Below, piece by piece: positions 60,651 to 64,000 of a DNA stretch of 64,000 nucleotides. How positions within the stretch are numbered: the first letter of the stretch is position 1; each line of letters opens with the position of its first letter. Both the position numbers and the translations under genes were made by a program. The notes beneath the pieces were generated by a model. It was not told where the DNA came from. It searched no databases and worked only from the letters and a program-made list of their open reading frames with translations. The DNA is from Patescibacteria group bacterium (GTDB taxonomy: Bacteria > Patescibacteriota > UBA1384 > JBBRAU01), in NCBI GenBank assembly GCA_038206475.1, contig JBBRAU010000003.1, positions 13,852-77,851 of the forward strand, read 5' to 3'.

Positions 60651-61562
60651 GAAAGGGAAACAGCCCAGACCATCAGCTAAGGTCCCTAAATCTCTGCTTA
60701 GTGGGGAAGGAAGTGGAATTGCCAAGACAACCAGGATGTTGGCTTAGAAGCAGCCATGCATTTAAAGAGTGCGTAACAGCTCACTGGTCTAACCCGGCTT
60801 TGCCGGGACTTAGCGATTTTGCGCCGAAAATGTAACGGGGCTCAAGCAGAGTACCGAAGCTATGGACTACCGCCTTCGGGCGGCAGTGGTAGGGGAGCGT
60901 TTTTGTTGCAGTGAAGTCGTGCTGTAAGGCACGGTGGAGCGGCATGAAGTGAGAATGTAGGCATGAGTAACGAATTATGTGTGCGAGAAACACACACACC
61001 GCATACCCAAGGTTTCCTGGGCCACGATAATCGTCCCAGGGTTAGTCGGTCCTAAGGCGAGGCCGAATGGCGTAGTCGATGGACAGCAGGCGAATATTCC
61101 TGCACTCCGACCGCTTGGTTAGTGAAGACACATCCGAGAGGCTGGCCAGAGAGCAAGGTAGCTCAGGCTAGTGGGTAGGGTGGCGAGAAAATTTACTAAC
61201 GTGTGCGCGGCGGATCCGTACCGCAAACCGACGCAGGTGGGTGGGTCGAGTAGACCAAGGTGATCGGGAGAACCCTCGTTAAGGAACTCGGCAAAACAGC
61301 AGCTGTAACTTCGGAATAAAGCTTGGCTGCAACGCAAGTTGTAGCCCGCAGCGAAAGAGCTCAGGCGACTGTTTCTCAAAAACTTAGCTTCCTGCTAACT
61401 CGAAAGAGGATGTATAGGAGGTGATGCCTGCCCAGTGCCCGAAGGTTAAGAGGAGAGGTGATCTGTGTAGAGGACAGGGGTGAGAACCGCGAAGCATTTT
61501 TTAGCGCTTAGCAATAGTTCTCACTCGTTTCCTCTGCACAAGGAGCCTTGAATTGAAGCCCG

Positions 61563-61594
<32 letters not shown>

Positions 61595-61598
61595 TGGT

Positions 61599-61913
61599 GG
61601 AATGCTGCCATAGTGAGGTAGACAACTTTGGTTGTGAGCCCTCTGTTCGAACTCGTATGCCGACGAGATGTAGAACAAAAACGACGCTATATGCTGGAAT
61701 CTCTCCCGAATGTTAACGCGTAAGCGGTTAACCTATGGAGACAATCAGCAGGAAAGACTGGCGCAAGCCAGAATCCTCAACGATCATACGCGTTGCATGG
61801 TTGGTTCGTGCAAACGAACGGCCTAAAGAGATGATCTGACCTGTATGGTGACATGCAGAACACAATCAAGGGACATTGTGTCCGAAGAGTAATCTTTGGT
61901 AACAACGCTTTCG
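61599..61913 (+). ncRNA. Group I intron at 23S L1931 (IB-like, 315 nt, no homing endonuclease)
   Basis: Interrupts CCTATGGT^AGCGAAA; P1 with U-G; core elements TGCTGGAA/AATCAGCA; P7 ACGATCA/TGATCT; terminal G. Confidence 0.92.
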
Positions 61914-61952
<39 letters not shown>

Positions 61953-62405
61953 TGGCATAACGGTCTGAGCACTGTCTCAACGAGGGATCCGGTGAAATTC
62001 CAATAACGGTAAAGATGCCGTTATCCCGCATCAAGACGGAAAGACCCCGTGGAGCTTTACTCTAGCTTGATATTGCCCGAACGAATCGTATGCGTAGCAT
62101 AGGTGGGACGCGTTGAAGCCCTCTCTTTGGGGAGGGTGGAGCGGCCAGTGAAATACCACCCTTGCGCTTCGTTCTGGCTAACCTGTCACCCTGAATCGGG
62201 TGGTGGGGACAGTGTCTGGTGGGGAGTTTAACTGGGGCGGTTTCCTCCCAAACAGTAACGGAGGAGTTCAAAGGTTGGCTAGGGACGGATGGACATCGTC
62301 CCGATAGTGCAAACGCATAAGCCAGCTTGACTGTGAGACTGACAAGTCGAACAGGGTCGAAAGACGGAGTTAGTGAACTGCTGCCTGCACGTGAGAGCGG
62401 CAGCA

Positions 62406-62445
<40 letters not shown>

Positions 62446-62484
62446 GCGCCCAATAGTCCACATAGACGGCGCGGTTTGGCACCT

Positions 62485-62814
62485 TGAATACATTGGGGTG
62501 CTACAGCAGTAATGCTGTACCAAAATAGGTTTTTAATCTAAACATAAATTCGGCTTATAACGGAGAAACCCTCCTGCCACAGTGGAAAGATTGGCAAAGG
62601 GTAATTCCGTGGGAAGTCGCCTGGCCGTCTGGTAACAGATAGCTGGGTTGACCCCGTAACGACTGATTCGAAAGATGAGAGCTTGTTGATAGCGATGGAA
62701 GAGGAGCTCATACGCCGACGCCTGTCACAAACAACTGATAGATATGGCAGTGCCTACGTCTACAGGACAGGATGAAGAAATAGTCTGTGCCATAAGAAAT
62801 TATGGAATATCATA
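62485..62814 (+). ncRNA. Group I intron at 23S L2500 (IA-like, 330 nt, apparent terminal A, no homing endonuclease)
   Basis: Interrupts GGCACCT^CGATGTC; P1 gcacct/gggtgc, P10 acattg/cgatgt, P7 ACGACTG/TAGTCT and a GAAA-capped P9. Confidence 0.9.
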
Positions 62815-62877
62815 CGATGTCGGCTCGTCGCATCCTGGGGGGGTAGCCCCTCCCAAGGGTTTGGCTGTTCGCCAATG

Positions 62878-62926
<49 letters not shown>

Positions 62927-63048
62927 AATCTGATGTGGGCGTGGAATCTTGAGGAGAGCTCTCTCTAGTACGAGAGGACCGAGAGGGCAGGACCTCTGGT
63001 GTATCTGCTGTACCGTCCGGTGCACTGCAGAGTAGCTATGTCCTGACT

Positions 63049-63081
<33 letters not shown>

Positions 63082-63336
63082 AACTCCAAGATAAGGATTC
63101 AGAGGGTCCGGGTAGACCACCCGGTTAATCGGCGGCTGGTGTACAACCAGTGATGGTACAAGCCTTGCCGCGCGAATCACCCCATCATGACATTTCTGTC
63201 AACGCCGCAGTTTCTGTGGTGTTGGCCTGAAGCAGGTCCAGTATGACTTGCCATCTCTAGGTAGGTAAGAGAATTTCTATTGTGTTTCGAGTGAATCAGT
63301 GGACGCGAGGAGCGTAACTTCGGTTATGCTCCTTCG

Positions 63337-63452
63337 TCTGGTGATTCAAGCGCCGTGGCACCACCTGTTCCCATCCCGAACACAGTCGTGAAACGCGGTA
63401 GCAGCGATGGTACTTGGGTCGCGAGGCCCCGGGAGAGTAGCCCATTGCCAGA
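63337..63452 (+). rRNA. rrf: 5S rRNA
   Basis: CCACCTGTTCCCATCCCGAACACAG, GATGGTACT and GGGAGAGTAG; terminal stem tctggtga/ttgccaga. Confidence 0.97.
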
Positions 63453-63463
63453 ACTATGAAAAC

Positions 63464-63490
63464 AACCGCCCGCAAGGGCGGTTTTTTCTT
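63464..63490 (+). terminator. Terminator after 5S
   Basis: aaccgccc-gcaa-gggcggtt-ttttctt. Confidence 0.85.
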
Positions 63491-63556
63491 GCCAATTTAC
63501 AATACAAGTTATATAAAGACAGTAGTTTGTTGCGCTGGAACGAAAGGGGGAACGAG

Positions 63557-63802
63557 ATGCCGAAACGGCGCAGTATTGTGGTATTGCCGGTGATACCACC
63601 GGTGTTCAGCCCGGGTTGGTCCAGGGTGTGGTGGTTGATACTGCTGCCAATCAGGCTCGACTTCCGGCGAGTACCTGCTAATTGGTTACCCTGCCAGCAT
63701 CGGTTATTCCGTCAACGTCGCTACCACGAGCCAGAGGACGGTATTGACTGCATAACCTGTCGTCGGGGTGGACAATTGAGTCGGTTTGGCCCTCGCCACT
63801 AA
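63557..63802 (+). CDS. Small orphan protein (81 aa, CxH...CxxC)
   Basis: SD-like GGGGG; AT-rich TTGCCA promoter upstream; terminator 63807-63834 downstream. Confidence 0.45.
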   Translation: MPKRRSIVVLPVIPPVFSPGWSRVWWLILLPIRLDFRRVPANWLPCQHRLFRQRRYHEPEDGIDCITCRRGGQLSRFGPRH

Positions 63803-64000
63803 CTTCAACCGCGCTACACAGGCGCGGTTTTCTTGACAAAGCGGCTCCCTCTAGACATATTTTTTATATTTTGCTAGATTGACAACGATTCGCACGTTGC
63901 AAACCGGGTAACCACGCAGTGCTTGCATTGCCTGGGAACCCAAGAAGTGCGGTCTATTTATTCCGTTCACGCCAAGCGTGGACAAATAAATAGACCGCAC

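Overview
This window looks like core chromosome from a Patescibacteria (CPR) bacterium. That call is an inference from the gene set, the streamlined translation factors, the 16S/23S style and the intron-bearing 23S; rpL9 is present and the standard genetic code fits. It holds cell-envelope genes (mltG, mreBCD, mrdA, ftsEX plus a coiled-coil peptidase, ctpA), translation genes (lysS, serS, proS, gatCAB, prfA/prmC, rpmE, rplI, rpsB, tsf, frr, hpf), secA, ligA, uvrC, tpiA/pgk, tig/clpP, several self-contained orphan genes and one large multiply disrupted pseudogene. The most notable region is a dispersed rRNA locus. 16S, tRNA-Ile, tRNA-Ala, 23S and 5S keep their ancestral order but are split by about 9 kb of protein genes, and each large rRNA has its own promoter and long-range processing stems. 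The 23S carries two ORF-less group I introns. The one at L1931 shows exon/IGS covariation, and the one at L2500 appears to end in A instead of the near-universal omega-G. The 23S also has several expansion hairpins and a domain III deletion. tRNA-Ala is flanked by duplications of both its ends and a 193-bp insert rich in cGNAg hairpins. A 6S-like rod-shaped ncRNA candidate lies between htpX and ligA. All calls come from reading the sequence; no database searches were run.
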